From: a bacterium
GTDB lineage: Bacteria > Bacteroidota > Bacteroidia > Bacteroidales > UBA932
NCBI GenBank assembly: GCA_963630225.1
Contig: CAVGLS010000001.1
Span: forward strand, 25,287 to 89,286
Reading direction: 5' to 3'
Length of the DNA stretch: 64,000 bases
Part shown: positions 10,361-20,063 of the stretch, piece by piece
Position numbering within the stretch: the stretch's first letter is position 1
Layout of the letters: each line of letters begins with the position of its first letter
The notes under the pieces: model-generated
Database searches by the model: none
What the model was told of the DNA's origin: nothing
The model's input: only the letters and a program-made list of their open reading frames with translations
Made by a program: the position numbers and the translations under genes

Positions 10361-11499
10361 AGCAATGGTAATAAAACGGTATAACTGTCCTCCCCCGCCT
10401 TGACCATCACCGCCTTGTCGGCGATGTCCCTATATTGCCGGCGGAGATACTTGAGCCCCAGACCGGTGGAGTTCACGGCAGTGAGCTTGGGACGGAGATT
10501 GTTGGTCACTACCACGCTGTTGCGGGTGGTGCGTATGTCGACGGTCAGCGGATCGGCGGCGCTGACGGCATTGTGCTTGGTTGCATTCTCTATGAGCAGC
10601 TGCACGCTGCACGGCACGACGCTGCGCGACAGATCCTCGTCCGGGATGTTGACCACGACCCGCAGCCCCTCGCCGAAGCGCACCTTGAGCAGCTCCACAT
10701 AGTCCTCGACAAACTCCATCTCGTCGCGCAGGCGGACGGTGGTCTCGTCTTCGTGGCGGAGCATATAGCGGTAGATTTCGGCGAGCTTGTGGGTGTAGCG
10801 GCTCGCCTCCGGGGCCGACTGCTCCTGTATCAGGCAGTCCAGCACGTTGAGCGAGTTGAAGAGGAAGTGGGGGTTGACCTGCTGCTTGAGCTTCATATAG
10901 CGGAAGAGGGCGAGGTTGGCTTTCTCGGCCTCTTTCTCCGCCTGCTCGCGGGAGCGGATGGCATATTCCGCCACCCAGACGATGATGACGCAGCTGAAGA
11001 TGTAGTCCAGCACTATCTCGAAGAAGAAGCTCCGCGACTCCTGGACCCCGGAGACGGAGTAGATCAGCACCAGCCGCACTATGATGATGAGTATGAACGC
11101 GAGCAACAGCCACCGCAGGTTCTTCGAGTCCGGGGACGCGCCGCCCTCCGGATGCCTTGCGAGATACTTCAGGCAGGTCCACTCCGTCGTCCAGCCGAGC
11201 ACTTCGGTGCAGACGAAGGTGGAGAGCGGATGCACTGCGGGGGCGGGGAGCGGCAGAAGCCGCAGCAGCGAGGCCAGCCCCACCCCGATACCGAAACCGA
11301 CTATGTTGACCAGGATCACCGCAACGCCCATAAAGAGCACGCTCATCCTCCGCCGCAGGCAGAGCAGCACCACGAGAAACATCGTGAGCAGGGTCAGCAT
11401 CAGCCCGTCCGCCATCCCGGTGGAGTAGCAGACAAACGACACCAGCGCGTGCAGCACGGCAAAGAGGTGGATGATCCAGTTGTCTTTTGAAATATTCAT
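10357..11499 (-). CDS. LytS/YehU-type membrane sensor histidine kinase
   Basis: Multiple N-terminal TM segments; LKQQVNPHFLFNSLN, ENATKHN, STGLGL. Overlaps the regulator start. Confidence 0.92.
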   Translation of the reverse strand: MNISKDNWIIHLFAVLHALVSFVCYSTGMADGLMLTLLTMFLVVLLCLRRRMSVLFMGVAVILVNIVGFGIGVGLASLLRLLPLPAPAVHPLSTFVCTEVLGWTTEWTCLKYLARHPEGGASPDSKNLRWLLLAFILIIIVRLVLIYSVSGVQESRSFFFEIVLDYIFSCVIIVWVAEYAIRSREQAEKEAEKANLALFRYMKLKQQVNPHFLFNSLNVLDCLIQEQSAPEASRYTHKLAEIYRYMLRHEDETTVRLRDEMEFVEDYVELLKVRFGEGLRVVVNIPDEDLSRSVVPCSVQLLIENATKHNAVSAADPLTVDIRTTRNSVVVTNNLRPKLTAVNSTGLGLKYLRRQYRDIADKAVMVKAGEDSYTVLLPLL

Positions 11500-11540
11500 A
11501 AAATCTTTCGTGAAGATAGCCACATTTCTTAAAAAACGGA

Positions 11541-11610
11541 CCGTTCATCCCGAATTTTTATCAATTCGTCGGCGCGGCATTTCATATAATATGTTTTTTG
11601 GTTTTATTTG
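11541..11610 (+). promoter_or_regulatory. Putative LytTR direct-repeat site plus degenerate -7 element of the starch PUL
   Basis: CCGTTCATC (11541) and CAATTCGTC (11562), 21 bp period; TTTATTTG ends at 11610. Confidence 0.6.
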
Positions 11611-11634
11611 CCGGCGATAACACTAACTAATACG

Positions 11635-12975
11635 ATGCAACAACGCAGACTCAGCTTCTGGCAGATGTGGAACCTCAGCTTCGGCTTCTTCGGAGTGCAG
11701 ATAGCCTATGCCCTGCAGAGCGCCAACATCAGCCGCATATTCGCGACGCTCGGTGCGGACCCGCATCAGCTCAGCTTCTTCTGGATACTTCCTCCGCTTA
11801 TGGGAATGCTCGTCCAACCCCTGATAGGCAAGTGGTCTGACCGCACCTGGTGCCGTATGGGCAGACGCAAACCGTACCTGCTCGCCGGCTCGATAGTCGC
11901 CGTGGCGGTGATGATGATGCTCCCGAACGCGGGCAGCTTCGACTTCAGCGCCAGTCTCTTCCTCGGGCTCAACGGGGCGATGTGGTTCGGGCTCTTCTCG
12001 CTCATATTCCTCGACACCTCCATCAACGTGGCGATGCAGCCGTTCAAGATGATGGTCGGAGATATGGTCGGCGAGGAGCAGAAAGCCCAGGCATACTCCA
12101 TCCAGTCGCTGCTCTGCAACGCCGGCAGCCTCGTGGGTTTCCTCTTCCCCATCTTCTTTACCTGGATCGGTCTGGCCAACACCGCCCCGAAAGGGCAGGT
12201 GCCGCCTTCGGTGATATGGAGCTTCTACTGCGGAGCGGTGATACTCATCGCCTGCGTGCTCTTCACCTTCGCGAAAGTCAAGGAGATGCCCCCGAAGGAA
12301 TATGCCGAATTCCACGGCATCGACCCCGAGCAGCAGAGCCGTGACGAGGCCGACAGCCCGGGACTCCTCAAGCTGCTCCTCCACGCGCCGAAGACATTCT
12401 GGACCGTCGGGCTCGTGCAGTTCTTCTGCTGGGCCTCGATGATGTATATGTGGACCTACTCCACCGGCTCGGCGGCGGCCAACTGCTGGGGCACGACCGA
12501 CCCCGCATCGGAAGGCTATCAGGCCGCCGGCAACTGGGTGGGAGTGGCGTTCGCCGTGCAGGCGGTGGGCTCCATCCTCTGGGCCGTCATACTCCCGAAA
12601 TTCTCCTCGCTCAAGCGCGCCTACGTGCTGAGCCTCCTCATAGGCGCGGTCGGGTTCATCTCGATTGCGTTCGTCCACAACCAGTATCTGCTGCTCGCCT
12701 CGTACTTCCTGATCGGGACTGCGTGGGCGGCGATGCTGGCACTGCCGTTCACCCTGCTCACCAACTCCCTGTCCGGCGGGCATCTCGGCAGCTATCTCGG
12801 ACTCTTCAACTGCACCATCTGCCTCCCGCAGATAGTGGCCGCCTCTCTCGGAGGGGTGGTACTCAGGCTCGTGGGCGGGGTGCAGGCCAATATGCTGGCG
12901 GTCTCCGGGGTGCTTCTCATCTGCGGCGCGGTCGCGGTCTCTCTCGTCAAAGAACATAAACACAACAATAACTAA
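11635..12975 (+). CDS. MFS sugar transporter (maltose/SLC45-like)
   Basis: WNLSFGFFGVQIAYALQ, WSDRTW, GRRKPY, YLGLFN, LPQIVA; about 12 hydrophobic segments. Confidence 0.9.
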   Translation: MQQRRLSFWQMWNLSFGFFGVQIAYALQSANISRIFATLGADPHQLSFFWILPPLMGMLVQPLIGKWSDRTWCRMGRRKPYLLAGSIVAVAVMMMLPNAGSFDFSASLFLGLNGAMWFGLFSLIFLDTSINVAMQPFKMMVGDMVGEEQKAQAYSIQSLLCNAGSLVGFLFPIFFTWIGLANTAPKGQVPPSVIWSFYCGAVILIACVLFTFAKVKEMPPKEYAEFHGIDPEQQSRDEADSPGLLKLLLHAPKTFWTVGLVQFFCWASMMYMWTYSTGSAAANCWGTTDPASEGYQAAGNWVGVAFAVQAVGSILWAVILPKFSSLKRAYVLSLLIGAVGFISIAFVHNQYLLLASYFLIGTAWAAMLALPFTLLTNSLSGGHLGSYLGLFNCTICLPQIVAASLGGVVLRLVGGVQANMLAVSGVLLICGAVAVSLVKEHKHNNN

Positions 12976-12990
12976 CCATCAAAATCACAA

Positions 12991-15900
12991 ATGAAAAGAA
13001 TCCTTACTCTCCTCGCGGGGATCGCGCTCACAGCTGCGGTGTCCGCAAGCGTGTCCGCCCAGAGCGGATACGAGGTTAAGGGCGTGATTGCCGACCAGGC
13101 CGGACCTGTCATCGGTGCGACCGTTATGGAAGCGGGCACCTCGACCGGCACGACCACCGATCTGGACGGCAGTTTCATCCTCAAGGTATCTTCAGCCGAC
13201 GCGACCGTGGAAGTCAGCTGCATCGGCTACACCACCGTCACTTTCAAGGCGTCGCAGATGCCGGCCAGAATCATCCTCAAGGAGGACAGCGAGTTCCTCG
13301 ACGAGGTGGTGGTCATCGGCTACGGCACCGTCAGGAAGAGCGATATGACGGGTTCCGTATCGGCGGTCAAGGCCGACCAGCTCAACAAGGGCGTGATCAC
13401 CTCTCCGTCCGACCTGCTCCAGGGTAAGTCTGCCGGCGTGGTAGTCACCTCCGGCGACGGAGCTCCGGGCTCAAGCAGCACCATCCGTATCCGCGGCGGC
13501 TCTTCACTCAAGGCCAACAACAACCCTCTCGTGGTAGTGGACGGGCTTCCGCTGTCGGAGACCGGCATCAGCGGCGTGTCCGACGCGCTCAGCTCCATCA
13601 ACCCTAACGACATCGAGAGCTTCACCGTCCTCAAGGACGCGTCAGCGACCGCAATCTACGGCTCCAGGGCCTCCAACGGCGTGATTATGATCACCACCAA
13701 GAAAGGCTCCAAGGGCAGTCAGGGCGTGCACGTGAGCGCCGACTTCACCGCATCCGTGAGCCAGAACGCCAAGTATGTCGACGTGCTGACCGGCGACGAG
13801 ATGCGCTCCCTTATGGAGTCCTATCTCGGCAAGGACGGCGCGGCATACGCGGCTCTCGGCAAGGAGAACACCGACTGGCAGAAGGAAATCTACCAGCTGG
13901 GCAACTCCATCGACGGCAATGTGGCCGTGTCCGGCAAGGTGGGCAAGGGCGGCGTCTTCTATATGCCGTACCGTGTGTCTGTGGGCTACCACGACCAGAA
14001 GGGTACGCTCAAGACCTCCAGCCTGAGGAGGGAGACAGTGGCGCTCAACCTCAGCCCGAGCTTCTTCGAGGAGCATCTCAACCTCAATCTCAACGGCAAG
14101 CTGATGAATATGGACACCCGCTTCGCCAACCAGGACGCCATCGGCGGCGCGGTCCGGATGGACCCTACCCAGAGCGTCTATGACGAGAAGGGTCTCAACG
14201 GCTACTACTGGTGGAACTACGGCAAGGGCACCTACACCATCGACAACTGCAACACGATGGCGCAGCTCAACCCTGTGGCCCTGCTCAACGACAAGATCGA
14301 CAAGTCCAACGCCAAGCGCTTCATCGGCAACATCCAGGCCGCCTACAAGGTGCACGGCTTCGAGGACCTGAGCCTCAACCTCAACCTCGGTCTCGACTAC
14401 TCCAAGTCCGACGGTACCGTGGATGTGGCCCCGGGCACCGAAATGTCGTTCCATAACACCCAGGAGTCGGGGTCCGGCTACCACAACCTCTACAACCAGA
14501 CCAAGAACGACCAGACCCTCGAGTTCTACGCGCAGTACGACAAGACTCTTGGGCAGCACAGCTTCAACGTGATGGCAGGTTACTCCTGGCAGCACTTCTA
14601 CAACAGCACCTACAGCGAGAAGTACAAGGCCGACGGCACGCTTCCGACTGCGGCGGACTACTACCTGAGCGCGCCTTACACCTTCAAGACCGAGTACTAC
14701 CTCGTGTCCTTCTTCGGAAGGGCCAACTACAGCTGGAACGAGAGACTGCTGCTCACCGCCACCCTGCGTAACGACGGCACGTCCCGCTTCGCCAACAACA
14801 AGTGGGGTCTCTTCCCGTCAGTGGCCGTGAGCTACAACTTCGGCAAGGAGGACTTCGTCCGCAACAGCGACGCCCTCTCCGCCCTCAAGCTCAGGCTCAG
14901 CTGGGGACAGACCGGACAGCAGGACCTCCAGTCCGGCGACTATCCGACGCTCTCCACCTACTTCACCAACACCAACCAGTCGATGTATCACTTCGGCGAT
15001 AAGATGATCGTCCCTATCACTCCTAACGGCTACAACGCCGACCTGAAGTGGGAGACCACCACGACCTACAACGCCGGCATCGACTACGGCTTCCTCGGCG
15101 ACAGGATCACGGGCAGCGTCGACATCTACAGGCGCGACACCAAGGACCTCCTCAACCGCACCCCGGTGGCTGCCGGAGCCAACCTCTCCAACTACCTCAA
15201 CGCCAATATCGGCGACCTCACCAACAAGGGAGTGGAGTTCGAGATCAACGCCGTCCCGGTACAGACCCGCGACTGGAACTGGACCATAGGATTCAACGCG
15301 TCCTACAACAAGACCGTCATCACCCGTCTGACCACCGACGACGAGCGTGAAGACTACTACGGCATCACCACCGGAGGCATCTCCGGCGGCACCGGCAACA
15401 CCATCCAGGTGCACCAGACCGGACAGGCTCCGTACTCGTTCTTCGTATATCAGCAGGTTTACGACACCGACGGCAACCCTATCGAGGGCCTGTATGTGGA
15501 CCGCAACAACGACGGCAAGATCGACGACCACGACAAGTACTGCTTCCACAAGGCTACTCCGGACTGGACCTTCGGCTTCAACACCCGTCTCGCCTATAAG
15601 GACTGGACTCTCGCCCTGAGCGCACACTCCAACATGGGCAACTATATGTACAACAACATCGCCTCCAACGGAGACCTCCTCACCGACCTCTGGGCCAACA
15701 ACTTCGTCAACAACCGCTACTCCACTGCGGAGAAGCACAACTTCAGGACCTTCGCACAGTATTTCTCCGACCTCTATATCGAGGACGCGTCCTTCCTGAA
15801 GATCGACAACATCACCCTCAGCAAGGCATTCAGCTTCGGGGCGAGCCTCCCTATGTCGCTGAACGTGTTCGCTACGGTGCAGAATGTCGCCTGCATCACC

Positions 15901-15999
15901 CGGTACGGCGGAATCGATCCGGAAATCTTCTCCGGCATCGACAACAATATGTACCCGAGACCTCGTACCTACATCCTTGGAGTCAAGTTCAACTTCTAA
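12991..15999 (+). CDS. susC: SusC/RagA TonB-dependent outer-membrane transporter
   Basis: LDEVVVIGYG, IRIRGGSS, LKDASATAIYGSRASNGVI, LKWETT, C-terminal YPRPRT...F. Confidence 0.97.
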   Translation: MKRILTLLAGIALTAAVSASVSAQSGYEVKGVIADQAGPVIGATVMEAGTSTGTTTDLDGSFILKVSSADATVEVSCIGYTTVTFKASQMPARIILKEDSEFLDEVVVIGYGTVRKSDMTGSVSAVKADQLNKGVITSPSDLLQGKSAGVVVTSGDGAPGSSSTIRIRGGSSLKANNNPLVVVDGLPLSETGISGVSDALSSINPNDIESFTVLKDASATAIYGSRASNGVIMITTKKGSKGSQGVHVSADFTASVSQNAKYVDVLTGDEMRSLMESYLGKDGAAYAALGKENTDWQKEIYQLGNSIDGNVAVSGKVGKGGVFYMPYRVSVGYHDQKGTLKTSSLRRETVALNLSPSFFEEHLNLNLNGKLMNMDTRFANQDAIGGAVRMDPTQSVYDEKGLNGYYWWNYGKGTYTIDNCNTMAQLNPVALLNDKIDKSNAKRFIGNIQAAYKVHGFEDLSLNLNLGLDYSKSDGTVDVAPGTEMSFHNTQESGSGYHNLYNQTKNDQTLEFYAQYDKTLGQHSFNVMAGYSWQHFYNSTYSEKYKADGTLPTAADYYLSAPYTFKTEYYLVSFFGRANYSWNERLLLTATLRNDGTSRFANNKWGLFPSVAVSYNFGKEDFVRNSDALSALKLRLSWGQTGQQDLQSGDYPTLSTYFTNTNQSMYHFGDKMIVPITPNGYNADLKWETTTTYNAGIDYGFLGDRITGSVDIYRRDTKDLLNRTPVAAGANLSNYLNANIGDLTNKGVEFEINAVPVQTRDWNWTIGFNASYNKTVITRLTTDDEREDYYGITTGGISGGTGNTIQVHQTGQAPYSFFVYQQVYDTDGNPIEGLYVDRNNDGKIDDHDKYCFHKATPDWTFGFNTRLAYKDWTLALSAHSNMGNYMYNNIASNGDLLTDLWANNFVNNRYSTAEKHNFRTFAQYFSDLYIEDASFLKIDNITLSKAFSFGASLPMSLNVFATVQNVACITRYGGIDPEIFSGIDNNMYPRPRTYILGVKFNF

Positions 16000-16014
16000 A
16001 CAGTGCATACAGAT

Positions 16015-17598
16015 ATGAAAAAGATCAAATATATGGCTTTCGCTCTTGCGACAGCGCTGCTTCTGGGTGCCGCTTCCTCCTGCGTAAAGGATCTCGACGT
16101 CACCCCGATAGACCCTAACACCACTCTGCCGGAGGATGTGCTCGACAGCCAGGACGCCTACACGCAGCTGCTCGCCAAGTGCTACCAGGGACTCTCCTGC
16201 TCCGCGTCCAGCGGCCCGAACGGCGACCCTGACATCGAGGGTGTGGACGGCGGCTACGGCCAGTATATCCGTGCCCTCTTCCACCTTGAGGAGCTCTGCA
16301 CCGACGAGGCGGTATGCTGCTGGAACGACGGCAACCTCTACGACATCCACCACCTCAACTGGACTTCATCCAACGAGTTCGTGGCCGCGATGTACTACCG
16401 CATCTACTACCAGATCAGCCTCTGCAACGAGTTCATCCGCCGCTCCAACGCGAGCGAGATCGAGGGCTACACCCTCAAGGCCGCCTACATCGCCGAGGCC
16501 CGTGCGCTGAGGCTCCTGAGCTACTACCACGCCATCGACCTCTTCGGCAACGTGCCTTTCGCGACCGAGGAGCAAAGCGTAGGCTCCACCGGACCTGAGC
16601 AGATCTCCCGCGGGGACCTCTTCGACTGGATGGTCGGCGAGTGCAAGGCCCTCATCGACGGAAGCGACCTCGCGGAAGCCGGCAAGAATGTGTACGGACG
16701 CTGCGACAAGGGTATGGTGATGATGATCCTCGCCAAACTCTACCTCAACGCCGAAGTATGGAAAGGGACCGCGATGTACGACAAGGCTGCCGAAGTCTGC
16801 GAGCAGATCATCGCCAAATATCCTCTTTATAAAGGCGGTTGGCAGGATCTCTTCTGCGCCGACAACCACCTCCGCACTGCCAACACCACCTACAATGGCG
16901 ACGAGATCATCTTCGCCGTGGAGCAGGACGGGCTTCTGACCCAGTCATACGGTGCGACCAACTACATCATCTTCGCCTCCACGGGAGGAAATATGGACGC
17001 TTCCGGTATGGGCATCTCCTCCGGCTGGGGCGGACTCTCTCTGACCGGAGCGTTCACCAGCAAGTTCGAGAATGGCGATGTCCGCGCCACATTCTACAAG
17101 GGTGAGGAGTTCGAGCAGTATATCGACGCCATCCGACGCGAGTCCGACAGCTGGTCCAACGGCTGGAAGAGCATGAAGTTCAGCAACGTCAACCACGACG
17201 GCAGCAAGGCGCAGACCGACGGTTTCGTGGACACCGACTTCCCTGTGTTCCGCAGCGCTGACGCATATCTCATGTATGCCGAGTGCGCGGCCCGCGGAGC
17301 GGCCGACAAGACCAAGGGAGAGACCTACCTCAACGCCATCCGCAGCCGTGCGGGTCTGGGTTCGCTTGCTCTCAGCCTCGACAACATCATCGACGAGCGC
17401 GGACGCGAGCTCTACTACGAGTGCGTGCGCCGTCAGGACCTCATCAGGTTCGGCCTCTTCACCTCCGGAGATTACCTCTGGGAGTTCAAGGGTGGCGTGC
17501 AGGAAGGCAAGGCGGTGGACGATCACTTCAATCTCTACCCTATCATCTCCAGCGACCTCAACTCCAATGGAAATCTTAAGCAGAACCCTGGTTATTAA
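16015..17598 (+). CDS. susD: SusD/RagB glycan-binding lipoprotein
   Basis: Lipobox ASSC, AEARALR, LFGNVP, LAKLYLN, ERGRELYYE..RRQDLIRFG, QNPGY. Confidence 0.96.
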   Translation: MKKIKYMAFALATALLLGAASSCVKDLDVTPIDPNTTLPEDVLDSQDAYTQLLAKCYQGLSCSASSGPNGDPDIEGVDGGYGQYIRALFHLEELCTDEAVCCWNDGNLYDIHHLNWTSSNEFVAAMYYRIYYQISLCNEFIRRSNASEIEGYTLKAAYIAEARALRLLSYYHAIDLFGNVPFATEEQSVGSTGPEQISRGDLFDWMVGECKALIDGSDLAEAGKNVYGRCDKGMVMMILAKLYLNAEVWKGTAMYDKAAEVCEQIIAKYPLYKGGWQDLFCADNHLRTANTTYNGDEIIFAVEQDGLLTQSYGATNYIIFASTGGNMDASGMGISSGWGGLSLTGAFTSKFENGDVRATFYKGEEFEQYIDAIRRESDSWSNGWKSMKFSNVNHDGSKAQTDGFVDTDFPVFRSADAYLMYAECAARGAADKTKGETYLNAIRSRAGLGSLALSLDNIIDERGRELYYECVRRQDLIRFGLFTSGDYLWEFKGGVQEGKAVDDHFNLYPIISSDLNSNGNLKQNPGY

Positions 17599-17604
17599 TA
17601 GATT

Positions 17605-19995
17605 ATGAAACGATTTATATACTCAAGCCTTATAGTTCTGGCGGGGTTGCTGACCGCATCCTGCGCCAAGGAGGATATGCGCGTCGTGTTCGATCCGAGC
17701 AATTCGACCGCTCCTGAAATCGGGACCATCACGGGCGCTACCCTCTCCGCCGAAGGCGAGCCTCTGACCTTCGAGTTCAAACTTCCTACGTTCGACGTGC
17801 AGGCCGGCAAGACCTACTCTCTCTTCGCTTCCTCTGCCGAGGCGTTCGCCGAGCCGACGAAGCTTGCCGCCACCATCACCGCCGACAATGAGGCCGGCAA
17901 GGCAAGCGTCTCCGTCAAGCAGTCCGATCTCAACTCTCTCGTGCTCAACTTCGGCGGAGAGCCGGAAGTGGAATTCACCGTCTACTTCAGGGTCAGCGCC
18001 TGGATCACCACCGACAAGGGCAGCGCAGTGGAGTCTTCGCTGAAGGTCTCCAACATCGTCGCCGCATCTTTCGTCCCTTACGACCAGACCATCCTCGACA
18101 AGGATATCTACGAGCATGTCTGGGTGCAGGGCGACTACTGCAGCTGGAGCCACGACAAGAGCCAGTTCCTCTACAATTACAGCAAGGACGGCAAGACATT
18201 CTCGGGAGTTGTGGATTTCGCCGACAAGGCAGCCAACGGCATCAAGTTCACCGGTGCCGCATCCTGGGACAACTCCACAGGAAACTGGGGATCTGAGGCT
18301 CAGGCCGAGGACTCTGAAGCCGGCAGCGTACAGCTCATAAACGGCAACGGCTCGCAGAACCTCATCTGCTACAACAAGCGCTTCTACAAATTCTCGCTGG
18401 ACAAGACCACCCTGCTTCTCACCAAGGAATGGGGGGCAGACAAGATCGGCATCGTCGGCACCATCAACAACTGGACCGCTCCTGATGTGGAGATGAACTA
18501 CAATGCAGACTATGTCCGCTTCTGGGCTGACGTCGAGATCGACGGCGACCAGGAGATCAAGTTCCGCGCCGATGAAGACTGGGTCTTGAACTGGGGTGTT
18601 GATGCCAAGGTCGGCGGAGACAACATAAAAGTCTCCACCGGCAAGTACCGCGTATATCTCGACCTCAACAAGGGCACGGTGGATCTCAACGCCAATATGT
18701 ACGGCAAGGATGAGCCTGCTGCGGGCGGCAACGAGCCTGAACCGGATAAGCCTGCCGTATGGTCCCTCATCGGAACCATCAACGGAGACTCTTGGGCCAC
18801 GGCCACCGACATCGATATGTCCAACATCGAGGGAGATATCTGGGTGGCCCGCAGCGTGGGGCTGACCGCAAGCGACGAGTTCAAACTCCGCGCAGACCAC
18901 GACTGGACAGTAACGGCAGGCGGCCCTGAGGCCAATTCGACGAGCACCATCGACCCGTCCAACCCTTACGACGTCTACAAGCCTGAGCTTGGCGTGGCGT
19001 TCGCTACAGGCGACAAGAACATCCAGGTGGGAGCCGAAGGCGTGTACGACGTCACTTTCGACTACGCCAACAGCACCATCCTCGTCGAGGAGCACAAGGC
19101 CGCTTACTCTCTCATCGGAGAGATCAACGGCGACAGCTGGAGCAAGGACGTGATTATGACTCAGAATGGCGACGTATGGACCAGCCCTGTGGTGAACATC
19201 ACTGGCGGCTTCAAGATCCGCTACGACTACTCCTGGGCCGACGAGAACTGCTACGGAGCGCCGGCGGACTTCACTCCTGCCATCGGAGAGGAATTCACGG
19301 CCGAGCAGCCGGGCGGCAACATCAACGTCCCGGAGGCTGGCGACTATAAAGTCATCTTCAACGCCGCCACCAAGGCTGTCACTATCGTTGCGGTAGCCTT
19401 CCCTGAGACTATGTATATGATAGGCCAGGACTTCGGAAGCTGGGACTGGTCGAGCGACGGCATAGTGGACCTTGTCCCGGTCTATAACCCGGACAACAAG
19501 GCCGACGGCCAGTTCTGGACGGTACGCTACATCAAGGCGGCTTCACCGTTCAAGTTCTGCTCAAAGAAGGAGTGGGTCGGCGACTTCTGCAGCCTCACGA
19601 CCAACGACGGATTCAGCGTCGAGGGCACAAACTGCGTTGTCGACAAGGACGGCCTCTACCTCATCCACATCGATCTCAAGAATGAGAAACTCCACGTTGA
19701 GCCTGCCCGCATCTACGGCATCGGCGACTGCTTCGGAGGATGGAACGAGGGCATCGAGACCGCTCTCTTCACCGCTGGCGGGGAGACCGCAAGCGCCACT
19801 CTCGCAGCCGACGGAGAGCTCCGTATGTATGTGGCTTCCGACATCGCCACCACCGACTGGTGGACCCGCGAATTCATCATCCTCGACGGCAAGATTGTCT
19901 ATAGAGGCACGGGCGGCGATCAGGAAAGAGTTGCCTGCAAGGCAGGTCAGACCGTCACCCTCAACTTCAACGCCGGGACCGGTGAAATCAAGTAA
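17605..19995 (+). CDS. SusE/SusF-like multi-module starch-binding surface lipoprotein
   Basis: Lipobox TASC followed by AKED; repeated Trp-rich modules (IVGTINNW, LIGTINGDSW, LIGEINGDSW; FKxR..xxW); C-terminal ELRMYV..DWWTREF; follows susD. Confidence 0.85.
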   Translation: MKRFIYSSLIVLAGLLTASCAKEDMRVVFDPSNSTAPEIGTITGATLSAEGEPLTFEFKLPTFDVQAGKTYSLFASSAEAFAEPTKLAATITADNEAGKASVSVKQSDLNSLVLNFGGEPEVEFTVYFRVSAWITTDKGSAVESSLKVSNIVAASFVPYDQTILDKDIYEHVWVQGDYCSWSHDKSQFLYNYSKDGKTFSGVVDFADKAANGIKFTGAASWDNSTGNWGSEAQAEDSEAGSVQLINGNGSQNLICYNKRFYKFSLDKTTLLLTKEWGADKIGIVGTINNWTAPDVEMNYNADYVRFWADVEIDGDQEIKFRADEDWVLNWGVDAKVGGDNIKVSTGKYRVYLDLNKGTVDLNANMYGKDEPAAGGNEPEPDKPAVWSLIGTINGDSWATATDIDMSNIEGDIWVARSVGLTASDEFKLRADHDWTVTAGGPEANSTSTIDPSNPYDVYKPELGVAFATGDKNIQVGAEGVYDVTFDYANSTILVEEHKAAYSLIGEINGDSWSKDVIMTQNGDVWTSPVVNITGGFKIRYDYSWADENCYGAPADFTPAIGEEFTAEQPGGNINVPEAGDYKVIFNAATKAVTIVAVAFPETMYMIGQDFGSWDWSSDGIVDLVPVYNPDNKADGQFWTVRYIKAASPFKFCSKKEWVGDFCSLTTNDGFSVEGTNCVVDKDGLYLIHIDLKNEKLHVEPARIYGIGDCFGGWNEGIETALFTAGGETASATLAADGELRMYVASDIATTDWWTREFIILDGKIVYRGTGGDQERVACKAGQTVTLNFNAGTGEIK

Positions 19996-20015
19996 CTGAC
20001 TCTATGCTTTATTCG

Positions 20016-20056
20016 GATGCGCCCGCGCCGCAGGGCCGGGCGCATCTGTTTTTTTT
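20016..20056 (+). terminator. Intrinsic terminator-like hairpin inside the PUL
   Basis: GATGCGCCCG / CGGGCGCATC 10-bp stem followed by a T run. Confidence 0.8.
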
Positions 20057-20063
20057 ATCATTT

